A stretch of 64,000 bases of DNA from Candidatus Krumholzibacteriia bacterium (GTDB lineage: Bacteria > Krumholzibacteriota > Krumholzibacteriia > Krumholzibacteriales > Krumholzibacteriaceae), in contig CAWIIQ010000001.1 of the NCBI GenBank assembly GCA_963836185.1, positions 960,001 through 1,024,000 on the forward strand, read 5' to 3'. Position numbers and translations under genes: made by a program. How positions within the stretch are numbered: position 1 is the stretch's first letter; every line of letters begins with the position of its first letter. Of the stretch, positions 50,918 through 61,470 are shown in pieces. The notes beneath the pieces are model-generated. The model searched no databases. It saw nothing but the letters and a program-made list of their open reading frames with translations, and was not told the origin of the DNA.

Positions 50918-50926
50918 ATTATAACA
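50918..50926 (-). promoter_or_regulatory. Extended -10 promoter of the HNH gene
   Basis: Minus strand TGTTATAAT, about 65 bp upstream of the start. Confidence 0.5.
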
Positions 50927-51356
50927 CGGACTTCTGGCGGCAAAACAGATGGCCCGTGGCGCCTCGACAGGGGCCGGGATAAGCCGGATGCTCGGAATCT
51001 TCGAGAGAGGCGAAGAGAGGGGCGCTGAGGTCCGCCTGGCGGCGTAATCTACGGCGGGCACGCAGGTTGGAGAATCGGGCCCGAAAAAGCCGTCAAGGAT
51101 TATTTTTGGTTTTTGGGGAATATTATTGATTGTTTTGAGGATTACTTTTGGGTTTTCCGACGACTATTCTGGAGTTATCTGGAGTGCTTTTGGGGTTTCG
51201 GGATTGCTTTGGGATCTTCGCGGGATATTTCGAGGAGGAGCGGGTTTGAATCCGGGGGAAGCCAGTGCTGGCTCGGGATAAAGACGAGGAAAAGGTATTT
51301 AAAAGCGCTTCGCTGCCCTTTTTCTCCCTCTTTTCGCGAACGGGAAGAGAAAGTGG

Positions 51357-51385
51357 TTGCAACCGGACCGGCCACTGTATACTAT
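51357..51385 (+). promoter_or_regulatory. Sigma-70 promoter of the pyr operon
   Basis: TTGCAA-N17-TACTAT immediately before the PyrR leader. Confidence 0.7.
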
Positions 51386-51397
51386 CCCTGTGATTCA

Positions 51398-51483
51398 CCT
51401 TTTAATCTGGTCCGGGAGGCCAGGAAAGGGACGCTTTAAGGACCCGCGTATCCATTCTGCCCTCCGGCCGAATGGTTTTTTTT
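51398..51483 (+). promoter_or_regulatory. PyrR-binding attenuator leader (binding loop plus terminator)
   Basis: CCTTTTAA-TCTGG-TCCGGGAGG-CCAGG-AAAGG fits the PyrR loop consensus; terminator CCATTC...GAATGG-T8 at 51452-51483. Confidence 0.88.
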
Positions 51484-51485
51484 AG

Positions 51486-52223
<738 letters not shown>

Positions 52224-52257
52224 CCGTGTCATGAACGAAGAGAAGTCACAAGGAGGC

Positions 52258-53217
52258 ATGATAAAGGTGCAGCTCAACAGGAAGGATCTTCTCGGCCTGG
52301 AATTCCTTTCCGCCCAGGAGATCAAGTTGATCCTCGACACGGCGGATAATTTCAAGGAAGTCCTTCAGAGGAAGATCAAGAAGGTTCCGGCGTTGCGGGG
52401 AGTCACGATCGCCAACGTATTCTACGAGCCTAGTACGAGAACCAAGATGAGTTTCGAACTCGCTGAAAAGAGACTCAGCGCTGATATAATCAATTTCGCG
52501 AAGGCGACATCGTCGGTGAAAAAAGGCGAGACTCTGAGGGATACACTCGAAAACATACAGGCAATGAAAGTCGATATAGTTGTAATGCGTCACGGATCCT
52601 CTGGCGCCCATAAATTCGCCTCGGAATTCCTTGATGCGTCGATAGTCAACGCAGGTGATGGAAGACATGCCCATCCGACACAGGCTCTTCTCGATATGCT
52701 CACGCTGCGGGAGAAGTGGGGAACGTTCACCGGCAAACGAGTGACGATAATCGGTGATATCATGCACAGCAGGGTCGCACGCTCGAATATATGGGGACTG
52801 ACGAAGATGGGTGCGAAGGTAACACTCTGCGGCCCACCCACGATGATGCCGATGGATATAGATAAGCTCGGTGAGGGTGGAGTGAAGGTGGAGTTTGACC
52901 TGACAAGAGCGATCGAGAACGCCGATGCGATCAATATTCTGAGGATCCAGCTCGAGAGACAGAAGGCAAAACTGTTCCCCAGCTCGAGAGAATATTTCGA
53001 GGTGTTCGGGATCAGCCCGGAGGCTCTCACTCGAGCGCCGAAAGGATGCATCGTCATGCATCCTGGTCCGATGAACAGGGGTGTAGAGATAGCACAGGAA
53101 GTCGCCGATGGACCGCAGGCAGTAATCCTGCCGCAGGTCGAGAACGGTGTCGCCGTCAGAATGGCGGTCCTCTTCCTCCTGGCTGGGGGGAAGTCCGAAG
53201 AAGAGATCCCGAGCTGA
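52258..53217 (+). CDS. pyrB: Aspartate carbamoyltransferase catalytic subunit
   Basis: FYEPSTRT, NAGDG.H.HPTQ, HSRVARSN, RIQLER and HPGPMNRG. Confidence 0.96.
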   Translation: MIKVQLNRKDLLGLEFLSAQEIKLILDTADNFKEVLQRKIKKVPALRGVTIANVFYEPSTRTKMSFELAEKRLSADIINFAKATSSVKKGETLRDTLENIQAMKVDIVVMRHGSSGAHKFASEFLDASIVNAGDGRHAHPTQALLDMLTLREKWGTFTGKRVTIIGDIMHSRVARSNIWGLTKMGAKVTLCGPPTMMPMDIDKLGEGGVKVEFDLTRAIENADAINILRIQLERQKAKLFPSSREYFEVFGISPEALTRAPKGCIVMHPGPMNRGVEIAQEVADGPQAVILPQVENGVAVRMAVLFLLAGGKSEEEIPS

Positions 53218-53251
53218 AAGGGCCGTATTTTGAATCGAGCAAGGAGCTGAG

Positions 53252-54553
53252 ATGATAGATTGGAAAGACAAGAAAGAATTCTGGATCGCGGGGGCGAGGA
53301 TCGCGGATCCAGTCGCAGGAAGGATAAGGACCGGTTCAGTCCTGATTCGTAAAGGCTTGATAGAGGAAATCACCTGGCAGAAGAAGGTGAAGACCGACCT
53401 GCCGGTATTGGAGGCAGACGGGCTTCTGCTGGCCCCCGGGTTTATCGACATTCATACACATCTGAGGGAACCCGGCTTTGAGGACAAGGAGACTATCGAG
53501 ACAGGGACAGCTGCCGCTGCCGCTGGTGGATATACCGCTGTTGTGTGCATGGCCAATACAGATCCGGTTATCGACGACCCGAGTGTCGTCGAGTCTATTC
53601 TCAAACGGGCCGCTGATGTGGGCAATTGCCGTGTATACGTGAACGCCGCCGCCACAAAAGGACTCGAGGGTGTCGATATCTGCGAGTATCATCACCTCAA
53701 GGAAGCCGGTGCGGTCTCACTGAGCGACGATGGGAAATACATCACAAACAGCCAGGTCATGCGGTCGGCTCTCGAATATGCGGGGATGCTCGGGCTGGTG
53801 GTCATTTCACACGCTGAGGATCCTTATCTGACAAACGAGTCACAGATGAACGAGTCGTTCTGGTCGACCAAGCTGGGACTTAAAGGGGCTCATGCAGCGT
53901 CTGAGGAGATAGCAGTTGCCAGGGATATCAGACTGGCCGAGCTGACCGGTTCGATGCTTCATATAGCCCACGTCTCAACCGCCGGAGCAGTCGATCTGAT
54001 CAGAAAAGCGAAGAAGAAAGGTGTAGTGGTTACTGCTGAGGCGACTCCGCACCACCTCACTCTCGACGAGACGCTCCTCGAGAATTATGACAGGAACCTC
54101 AAGGTCAATCCGCCACTGAGGGGAAAGAAAGACATCGCAGCGCTGCGAGTCGCTCTTCGTGACGGGACGATCGACTGTATCGCCACAGATCATGCGCCGC
54201 ATACGGCCATCGACAAACAGGTCGAATTCAATTTTGCTCCGCCGGGGATGATCGGACTTGAAACATGCTTCGCCCAGCTCAACACAGAACTGGTGGCCAA
54301 GGGGGAACTGGAACTCATAGATCTGATACGGCTGCTCACGAGAGGTCCGGCAGATGTGCTCAGTTTGCCAGGCGGGAAGATGGCGCAGGGAGAGCCAGCA
54401 GATCTCGTCCTGATCGATCTGAACGAGCGGTGGACGCCTGAAAGGGAGAATCTGAAGTCAAAATCGTTCAATACACCACTTCTCGGCAAAGAGTTGACAG
54501 GCAGGGTGCAGGGAGTTTTCATTGAGGGAAAATGGCTTCCGTCTGTTATATAA
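53252..54553 (+). CDS. pyrC: Dihydroorotase
   Basis: PGFIDIHTHLREPG, MANT.P, KVNPPLR and TDHAPH. Confidence 0.95.
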   Translation: MIDWKDKKEFWIAGARIADPVAGRIRTGSVLIRKGLIEEITWQKKVKTDLPVLEADGLLLAPGFIDIHTHLREPGFEDKETIETGTAAAAAGGYTAVVCMANTDPVIDDPSVVESILKRAADVGNCRVYVNAAATKGLEGVDICEYHHLKEAGAVSLSDDGKYITNSQVMRSALEYAGMLGLVVISHAEDPYLTNESQMNESFWSTKLGLKGAHAASEEIAVARDIRLAELTGSMLHIAHVSTAGAVDLIRKAKKKGVVVTAEATPHHLTLDETLLENYDRNLKVNPPLRGKKDIAALRVALRDGTIDCIATDHAPHTAIDKQVEFNFAPPGMIGLETCFAQLNTELVAKGELELIDLIRLLTRGPADVLSLPGGKMAQGEPADLVLIDLNERWTPERENLKSKSFNTPLLGKELTGRVQGVFIEGKWLPSVI

Positions 54554-54652
54554 TAGGAGTGAAAGGCGAAGCGGGAACCGGATGGAAAATCCATCCTGCT
54601 GGACCGTTTATACAGAAACGAATGGCATGCCCCTGAGTCAGGGAATCCGGAA

Positions 54653-56506
54653 GTGAAAAACAGACTGTTCGTCAAGACGATCACGATGTTCGCCGTGGTA
54701 CTGGTTGCCGCGGTGATGTTGGGGTCCTGTGCCTATTTCAACACCCTGTATAATGCACGAAAGATCTATGCTGAAGCCGAGGACATGAGAATAGAAAAGG
54801 GCACTGAGGTAGACAGAAATCTGAAGTCGAAGTATGACGAGGTTATCACCAAGTGCGGCAAGATCATCAGGGACTACCCGGACAGCAAGTGGGTCGATGA
54901 CGCGATTTTCCTGATGGGACAATCTCTCGTCAGACAAGGTGAATTCGACAAGGGAATCCGTAAGTTCCTCGAGCTTACGACCAACTATCCGGAGAGCGAG
55001 TATGTGCCCAATTCGCTTTACTGGCTCGCCAAGGCCAATTATGAAAAGGGCGATTTAAATCAGGCCCTTCTCTATACACAGCGCTTCCTGGAAGCATATC
55101 CTGACAATGATATGAAGTTCGATGTAGCATTTCTCGCGGGTGACATATACCTGGCGCTTGAGAATTATCAGGATGCTCTGATTTTTTACTCAAGGGTGGC
55201 AAATGAGTCTGGAAAGAGGGAGTACAAGGAAGAGGCCTCATTGCGCAGCGCCAATCTTTATTACCAGATGGAAGACTGGACCAACGCGGCCACCGGCTAC
55301 GAGAGCGTGCTCGGAAAAGGGATGGATTGGAAAACGAGGTACAATGTCTCTCTTTCTCTGGCAGACTGCTACACGAATATCGGCGAATGCGTCAAGGCAT
55401 TCGAATTGTATGACGGTCTTCTTAAAGAATTGACGACGACGAAAGAAACCCCGCCAGTCAAGCTGGGAGTGGCGGCAAGTTATGTCTGCATGGATTCTCT
55501 GCCGGCAGCGATCAAGGAATACAACGGTATTGCGACTTCATTTCCAAGATCGAACTATTCGGCAGAGGCCTATTTCCATCTCGGTGTGATCTATCACGAG
55601 AAGCTCGATTCTCTTCGGCTGGCACAGGAGGCGTATTCAAAGGTCAGTAACGAATCCGCAAGCTCTGAATATGCTGCTGTAGCGCTTCAGAGATCGAGCA
55701 GCCTGAACAGACTTCTTGAACTTCAGAACAGTTCTGGAGAAAACGAGGGTGAGGAAGCTATAGCTGAGAAGCGTTTCCTTGCCGCTGAGATCCAGCTGAC
55801 GAGATTGAATGAGACTGATCTCGCACTTGGCAATTATCATGCGGTAGTCGACAGCTTCCCGGAGACGAGCTACGCTCCTCTTGCGGCATATGCGATAGGA
55901 TGGATATACAGGGTGGACAAGGGGGATACTTCGCAGGCTGTCGAAGCATTTTCCCATCTCATCCGAAAGTATCCCGTATCACCGCAGGCCAGGGGAGCGC
56001 TATACGAGGTCCACCTGCTCGGAGAGGAAGAGTTGAGGAATCAGCTCGAGGCGTATCTCGATTCCGCCGTGGCCGACACAGCGAGGATTTCGGCGCGGAA
56101 AGATCAGTTAAGGGCGGAAGCCGCTGCTATGGCTGCTGCTTCACTGGATTCGAGTATTACATTGCCTGGTGACAGTGTTGGCGCCATGGCGGACAGTCTC
56201 GGAGTGCCAGGTGACAGTATTGGCGCTATGGCGGACAGTCTCGGTGCAGCAGCAGACAGCCTTGTCTCTGTACCGTCAGCTAATGATTCTACAAAGGCGG
56301 ATTCCACAGGAGTCGGAAGGTCATCTGCTGTTGATACTGCCCGTGCCCCATCGAGAGAAGAGATCAAGAAGGATACTACATACCCGCTGGATGGAGCAGC
56401 GGACACAACCGGGACGAGGAATCCGCCGCGACCATCCGGAGAGACTCGCGGGCAACCGGCGGACAATTCACCTTCTGGAAGATCCGGAAGAAGGGAGAAT
56501 CGGTGA
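54653..56506 (+). CDS. TPR lipoprotein (BamD-like repeats at the N-terminus) with a low-complexity repeat tail
   Basis: Lipobox LGSC, YFNTLYNA, repeated YP.S motifs and TPRs. Confidence 0.85.
   Translation: MKNRLFVKTITMFAVVLVAAVMLGSCAYFNTLYNARKIYAEAEDMRIEKGTEVDRNLKSKYDEVITKCGKIIRDYPDSKWVDDAIFLMGQSLVRQGEFDKGIRKFLELTTNYPESEYVPNSLYWLAKANYEKGDLNQALLYTQRFLEAYPDNDMKFDVAFLAGDIYLALENYQDALIFYSRVANESGKREYKEEASLRSANLYYQMEDWTNAATGYESVLGKGMDWKTRYNVSLSLADCYTNIGECVKAFELYDGLLKELTTTKETPPVKLGVAASYVCMDSLPAAIKEYNGIATSFPRSNYSAEAYFHLGVIYHEKLDSLRLAQEAYSKVSNESASSEYAAVALQRSSSLNRLLELQNSSGENEGEEAIAEKRFLAAEIQLTRLNETDLALGNYHAVVDSFPETSYAPLAAYAIGWIYRVDKGDTSQAVEAFSHLIRKYPVSPQARGALYEVHLLGEEELRNQLEAYLDSAVADTARISARKDQLRAEAAAMAAASLDSSITLPGDSVGAMADSLGVPGDSIGAMADSLGAAADSLVSVPSANDSTKADSTGVGRSSAVDTARAPSREEIKKDTTYPLDGAADTTGTRNPPRPSGETRGQPADNSPSGRSGRRENR
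56164..56260 (+). repeat. 42-bp in-frame tandem repeat (PGDSVGAMADSLGV / PGDSIGAMADSLGA)
   Basis: Two near-identical copies plus a partial third. Confidence 0.85.
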
Positions 56507-57306
56507 AAGGCCTGTTTACAAGCAGGACGATCAGAACGGAAAGACTTTCCCCATCGAGCTATCTCGTTGTATTCGAAAGACCGCGCGGTTTTCCCGATGC
56601 GGAGCCGGGGCAGTTCGTATCATTGAGGGTCACACCAACGATAACGCCTCTTCTTAGACGGCCATTCAGCATCATGGATCTGACAGCGACAGAGCTGCAT
56701 CTCCTCGTGAAGGTCGTCGGAAAGGGATCCGAGATACTGGCGCACGCACCGTGCGGCACCGAGATGGATATCGCGGGCCCTCTGGGAGGCGCTGGTTTTC
56801 CATCACCGGAGAACAAGGACGCCGTCTTTGTTGCGGGCGGGACCGGACTTGCTCCCATGATATTCGCAGCCAGGACGTGGAAGCGGGAGGGGGTGCTGGG
56901 CCGGGCGGACCTGGTCTACGGAGCTGGTTGTGAGGAAGAGCTGCTCGTCTCTGTCTGCGAGGAGGATTTCACTGCCGTGCACGCCGCGACCATCGACGGG
57001 TCATGCGGATTCGAGGGTGACGCTGTCGCTCTGCTCGAAAGACTTGTAGATGACGGCGAAGCTGGCGGCGGGTTCCTTTACTCCTGCGGTCCTGAGGGAA
57101 TGGTGCGGGCCATGGAAAGAAAAGCTTCATCTGGTTTTGAAAGACATTATACATCGCTGGAATCGGTTATGGCCTGCGGAGTGGGAGCGTGCCGTGGATG
57201 CACGGTTCCCGTCAAAACGGAAGATGGCTCGGTGCTTCGGGCCATATGCAGTGACGGAACTGTTTTCGATGCATCGGAGATAGACTGGGAAAGGTGGGAA
57301 GAATGA
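56503..57306 (+). CDS. pyrK: Dihydroorotate dehydrogenase electron transfer subunit
   Basis: PGQFV, LRRPFSI, GGTGLAP, CGP and MACGVGACRGC...C. Confidence 0.93.
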   Translation: MKGLFTSRTIRTERLSPSSYLVVFERPRGFPDAEPGQFVSLRVTPTITPLLRRPFSIMDLTATELHLLVKVVGKGSEILAHAPCGTEMDIAGPLGGAGFPSPENKDAVFVAGGTGLAPMIFAARTWKREGVLGRADLVYGAGCEEELLVSVCEEDFTAVHAATIDGSCGFEGDAVALLERLVDDGEAGGGFLYSCGPEGMVRAMERKASSGFERHYTSLESVMACGVGACRGCTVPVKTEDGSVLRAICSDGTVFDASEIDWERWEE

Positions 57307-58193
57307 ACCGGCATCCGCTTGAGACGAAGATAGGCGCGGTGACCCTGCGTAATCCGGTTCTTCTCGCTTCAGGCCCGGCAGGATATGGACTTGAATATGA
57401 AGGAATGATCGACCTTGTGCGCATCGGTGGTGTAGTCACCAAGACGATCTCATTTGAGCCGAGAGAGGGCAATCCCGGTACACGGCTCCACGAGACAGGC
57501 GGCGGTCTGCTGAACAGTATCGGGTTGGAAAATGTCGGGGCCGAGGTCTTTTTCTCGGTAAAGATGCCCTCACTGGCCAAGGCCGGGATAAAACCTGTTG
57601 TGAGCCTCGCGGCGGAGGACTGGGACGGGTACAGGAAACTTCTGGACGCGACTGCCGATGCCGATGGTGTCGATATAGTAGAACTGAACCTGTCCTGCCC
57701 AAACGTGGAACGTGGCGGGATGGCGGTGGGAACGAATCCTGAACTTCTGGCAAAATACGTAAGGCACGCCAAGGATATACTCCCTCGAATGACCGTATTG
57801 GCAAAATTGTCTCCCAATGTCAGCGACATTACCGCCCTGGCCCTCGTTGCGGAGGAGGCGGGCGCTGACGGGATAACCGCGATAAATACCCTGGTCGGGA
57901 TGGATCTGGACATGGCAGCCGGCCGCCCGGTTTTCAAGCGTGTAAGGGCCGGGCTCTCCGGACCGGCGGTCATGCCGATCGCCCTGGATGCGGTATGGAG
58001 GATATCGAGGACAGTCGATATTCCTGTTGTCGGGGTCGGTGGAATAACGAGCGTCGAGGACGCGATGAAATTCTTCATGGCCGGCGCCGTCGCGATCCAG
58101 CTCGGTACGGCGGTATTTTATGATCCCGCACTGCCGGAAAAGATAGTCGAAGCGCTGGAGGAGACAGGGATACCCGCTGCGCTTGACGATTGA
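57303..58193 (+). CDS. pyrD: Dihydroorotate dehydrogenase 1B catalytic subunit
   Basis: NP..LASG, NSIGLEN.G, ELNLSCPN, KLSPN, INT and GLSGP. Confidence 0.95.
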   Translation: MNRHPLETKIGAVTLRNPVLLASGPAGYGLEYEGMIDLVRIGGVVTKTISFEPREGNPGTRLHETGGGLLNSIGLENVGAEVFFSVKMPSLAKAGIKPVVSLAAEDWDGYRKLLDATADADGVDIVELNLSCPNVERGGMAVGTNPELLAKYVRHAKDILPRMTVLAKLSPNVSDITALALVAEEAGADGITAINTLVGMDLDMAAGRPVFKRVRAGLSGPAVMPIALDAVWRISRTVDIPVVGVGGITSVEDAMKFFMAGAVAIQLGTAVFYDPALPEKIVEALEETGIPAALDD

Positions 58194-58272
58194 CAGAAAA
58201 CTGATAATCTCATCTATTGATATATGCGGCTCGGATAACAGTATGAAATAGTGAAGCTATGAAAGGAACCTG

Positions 58273-59007
58273 ATGACACCTTCAAAGAGAACACCCCGGA
58301 TCATCGCCGCTCTGGACGTTGAAAAGAGGATCGACGCGATCTCCCTCGTTGCCGACCTGAGAGGCAAGATCAATCTCTTCAAGGTCGGGAGCCGTCTGTT
58401 TACAGCTGAGGGCCCGGGAATGATCGCCGAGATCAACGATGCCGGTGGATCGGTCTTTCTCGATCTGAAGTTCCATGATATCCCGGCCACTGTGGCCGGG
58501 GCGGTCCGCGCAGCCTGCGGCCTCCATGTCTTCCTGATGACGATACATACGGCAGGCGGCTATGACATGATGAAGGCAGCCGCGGATGAGGCTGCCGCTG
58601 TTGCCGCTAAAAGCGGTATTACACGGCCCAAGCTTGTAGGAGTCACGGTGCTGACGAGTATGTCTTCCGAGGATCTCGCCGAAGCATCGGGATACGGAGG
58701 GAGTGTCGAGGATCTCGTCCTGAAGAGGGCCGAACTGGCGAAGAAGTCAGGTCTCGACGGTATAGTCGCTTCGGTTAAAGAAGCGGGTAGGATACGTGAG
58801 GCCATGGGAGATGGTTTCGTCATCGTGACACCGGGCATCAGGCCGGCAGGCGCCGCAGCAGGTGATCAGAAACGCGTTGCGACTCCTCGTGACGCGATCG
58901 ATGCCGGATCTGACTACCTCGTGATAGGACGTCCGATATACCATGCTGAGTCGCCGGCAGCTGCCGCAGACGCTATACTCGAAGAGATGGGAGAGAGCGG
59001 CAAGTGA
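58273..59007 (+). CDS. pyrF: Orotidine-5'-phosphate decarboxylase
   Basis: ALD, FLDLKFHDIP.T, VTVLTS, TPGIR, DQKR and GRPI. Confidence 0.96.
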   Translation: MTPSKRTPRIIAALDVEKRIDAISLVADLRGKINLFKVGSRLFTAEGPGMIAEINDAGGSVFLDLKFHDIPATVAGAVRAACGLHVFLMTIHTAGGYDMMKAAADEAAAVAAKSGITRPKLVGVTVLTSMSSEDLAEASGYGGSVEDLVLKRAELAKKSGLDGIVASVKEAGRIREAMGDGFVIVTPGIRPAGAAAGDQKRVATPRDAIDAGSDYLVIGRPIYHAESPAAAADAILEEMGESGK

Positions 59008-60326
59008 ATCCCATGTGGAAGGCCGTCGCGATCTTTGCCGCGGTCTACATCGGGCTGATTGTCTTCAAGCGCGACCGCTGGCTGACGGCATGGATCGGGG
59101 TCGTTGCCGCCATGATCTTCGGATTGGTGGGGCCGGTCGAACTCCTGCGGCAGGCCATCAGGTGGAATTTCATCGGGATATTTTTCGGATCGGTGATCCT
59201 CGCTGAGCTCTTCGTCTATTCCCGGATGCCGGAGACGATCGCCGACAGACTGATAAACAGGTCAAAGAATCTCTCCGTAGCGCTGATGCTCGTGATCTGT
59301 TTTGCCTCGTTTATCTCAATATTCATCGATAACGTCGTTACCGTCCTGATCGTAGCCCCGATCGCGCTTCAGTTGACGCGTAAGGCGGGTGTTTCGCCTA
59401 TTCCGGTAATCATCGGCCTTGCAGTCGCGTCTAACCTTCAGGGGATGGCCATTCTTATTGGCGATATCCCGAGCATGCTCCTCGCTGCGCAGGAAACGAT
59501 GACCTTCCTCGATTTCTTCTGGGATGATGGAAGACTCGGAATATTCTGGTTCGTTCAGCTGGGCGCTGTGGTCGGATCAACCGTGCTATGGTTGTATATC
59601 AAAGAATACAGGCAGAAACCTGAGAAGATCGCGGTCGCGGCCATTCATTCGTGGGTTCCTTTCTGGCTGATAATCCTGATGGTAGTCCTTCTCTCGCTCT
59701 CGCCGATGATCGATCCCGACATGGAATGGCTGGCCGGAGTCATCTGCCTGACGACGGCGCTGGCTGGAGTCATATGGTATTGGATCAGATTCAGCAAGGG
59801 CGGCAAGCGGCATAAGTGGAATTTTCACTGGCGCACGACTCTGTTCCTGATGGCGATATTTGCCCTGGTCTACATGCTGACAAAGATCTATACGGATCCT
59901 GACGGCCGGGAAGTCAGTGTGATCAACGAGATCGTAGCCCATCTCGACGGTCTCAGGGGCGAAAATCCGTTTATCGTTCTTTCGATCGTGGTCTGGATAT
60001 CGGTCATGGTATCGGCGTTTATAGACAATGTACCTTATATAGCCGCCATGCTGCCCCTCGTTGCCGCCTTCGGGGACTCCTTCTGTCCCGGAGGCAGGGC
60101 GCTTCTTGTCCTAGGCCTTCTGATAGGCTCATGTATGGGCGGCAACGTCACGCCCATCGGGGCGGCGGCCAATGTGACAGCGATGGGTATCCTCGAGAAA
60201 GAGGGGAAGCCGGTATCGTTCTGGGGCTTTATGAGGATCGGCCTGCCATTTACGATAGCGGCTACAGCATCAGCTTATCTAGCCCTTTACCTCGTATATA
60301 GATACATTCATCACGTCATTTTCTAG
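59004..60326 (+). CDS. ArsB/NhaD/SLC13-type anion transporter
   Basis: S.FIDNV, ASNLQG...IGD, SAFIDNVP and GGN.TPIGA.AN. Confidence 0.88.
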   Translation: MNPMWKAVAIFAAVYIGLIVFKRDRWLTAWIGVVAAMIFGLVGPVELLRQAIRWNFIGIFFGSVILAELFVYSRMPETIADRLINRSKNLSVALMLVICFASFISIFIDNVVTVLIVAPIALQLTRKAGVSPIPVIIGLAVASNLQGMAILIGDIPSMLLAAQETMTFLDFFWDDGRLGIFWFVQLGAVVGSTVLWLYIKEYRQKPEKIAVAAIHSWVPFWLIILMVVLLSLSPMIDPDMEWLAGVICLTTALAGVIWYWIRFSKGGKRHKWNFHWRTTLFLMAIFALVYMLTKIYTDPDGREVSVINEIVAHLDGLRGENPFIVLSIVVWISVMVSAFIDNVPYIAAMLPLVAAFGDSFCPGGRALLVLGLLIGSCMGGNVTPIGAAANVTAMGILEKEGKPVSFWGFMRIGLPFTIAATASAYLALYLVYRYIHHVIF

Positions 60327-60389
60327 ATTCCGGCCCCGCGATTACGTGTCAGACAGTTCCAGAAGCTGTTTGTCGAGTGCCCTTTCGGT

Positions 60390-60418
60390 TTGCGATGAGG
60401 GCCGACGTCTGATATAAT
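60390..60418 (+). promoter_or_regulatory. Sigma-70 promoter of the nucleotide-sugar operon
   Basis: TTGCGA-N17-TATAAT with a TG extension. Confidence 0.65.
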
Positions 60419-60485
60419 TGAACTTCTATATGGTAATTACGTTCTCCTCATGCGTCCACGCGGAGGCGCAGGAAAGGGCAGCCAG

Positions 60486-61448
60486 ATGCGAGTACTTATA
60501 ACGGGGATAACGGGTTTCGCGGGAAGTCATCTCGCTGACCTGTGTCTTACGATGAAGGATGTCGAAGTCTACGGGATCATCCGCTGGAGGAGCCGGACGG
60601 AAAACATCGAACATATCTGGGACAGGCTCAACCTGCTCGAGTGTGATCTGAGGGACGCTTCGTCCACTCGTGATGTGATCGAGGAGATACGTCCTGACAG
60701 GATATTCCACCTGGCGGCGCAGAGCTTCGTGCCGACCTCGTGGAAGGCGCCGACAGAATCACTCACTACGAATGTCATCGGCCAGGTCAACGTCTTCGAA
60801 GCTGTCCGCAAACTCGACATCGACTGCTCGCTCCAGATAGCCTGCTCAAGCGAGGAATACGGGATGGTATATCCAGACGAAACGCCTATCAAGGAATCGA
60901 ATCCGCTCAGGCCCCTGAGCCCGTATGGCGTCAGCAAGGTGGGGCAGGACATGCTCGGCTACCAGTACTTCATGAGTTACGGGATGAAGATCGTCCGCAC
61001 TCGTGGATTCAACCATACGGGGCCGAGGCGCGGACCGGTATTTGTCTGCAGTGATTTTGCCAAGCAGATAGTCGATATCGAGAAGGGTCTCCGCGAACCT
61101 TACATGGAAGTGGGGAACCTCGACGCGCGAAGGGACTTCACGGATGTCAGGGACATGGTCCGTGCCTACTGGCTCGCCCTGGAAAAAGGGAAGCCGGGCA
61201 CAGCATACAATATCTGCACCGGCACGCGGTTCAGCATAAAGGAGATCCTGGACATGCTGATAGATATCAGCGGGGTCAAGGTAGAGGTGAGGACGGACAA
61301 GGGAAGGCTGAGACCGAGTGACGTGCCACTGCTTCAGGGCGACAACAGCCTGTTCACTGGTGATACAGGCTGGAAGCCCGAGATCCCGATGGAAAAGACA
61401 ATGGCCGATCTTCTCGAATTCTGGAGGACCTGCCCGAGCCGGCGCTGA
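60486..61448 (+). CDS. GDP-mannose 4,6-dehydratase-like SDR
   Basis: TGITGFAGS.LA, HLAAQSFV, SSEEYG, YGVSK and GNLDA.RD. Confidence 0.88.
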   Translation: MRVLITGITGFAGSHLADLCLTMKDVEVYGIIRWRSRTENIEHIWDRLNLLECDLRDASSTRDVIEEIRPDRIFHLAAQSFVPTSWKAPTESLTTNVIGQVNVFEAVRKLDIDCSLQIACSSEEYGMVYPDETPIKESNPLRPLSPYGVSKVGQDMLGYQYFMSYGMKIVRTRGFNHTGPRRGPVFVCSDFAKQIVDIEKGLREPYMEVGNLDARRDFTDVRDMVRAYWLALEKGKPGTAYNICTGTRFSIKEILDMLIDISGVKVEVRTDKGRLRPSDVPLLQGDNSLFTGDTGWKPEIPMEKTMADLLEFWRTCPSRR

Positions 61449-61470
61449 TAGCCGGACGAAACGACGGATT

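Noticed and set aside
49430-51100. IS element or IscB/HEARO-type RNA-guided system around the HNH gene
   Set aside because: No RuvC or PLMP motifs, transposase, terminal inverted repeats or target duplication could be seen
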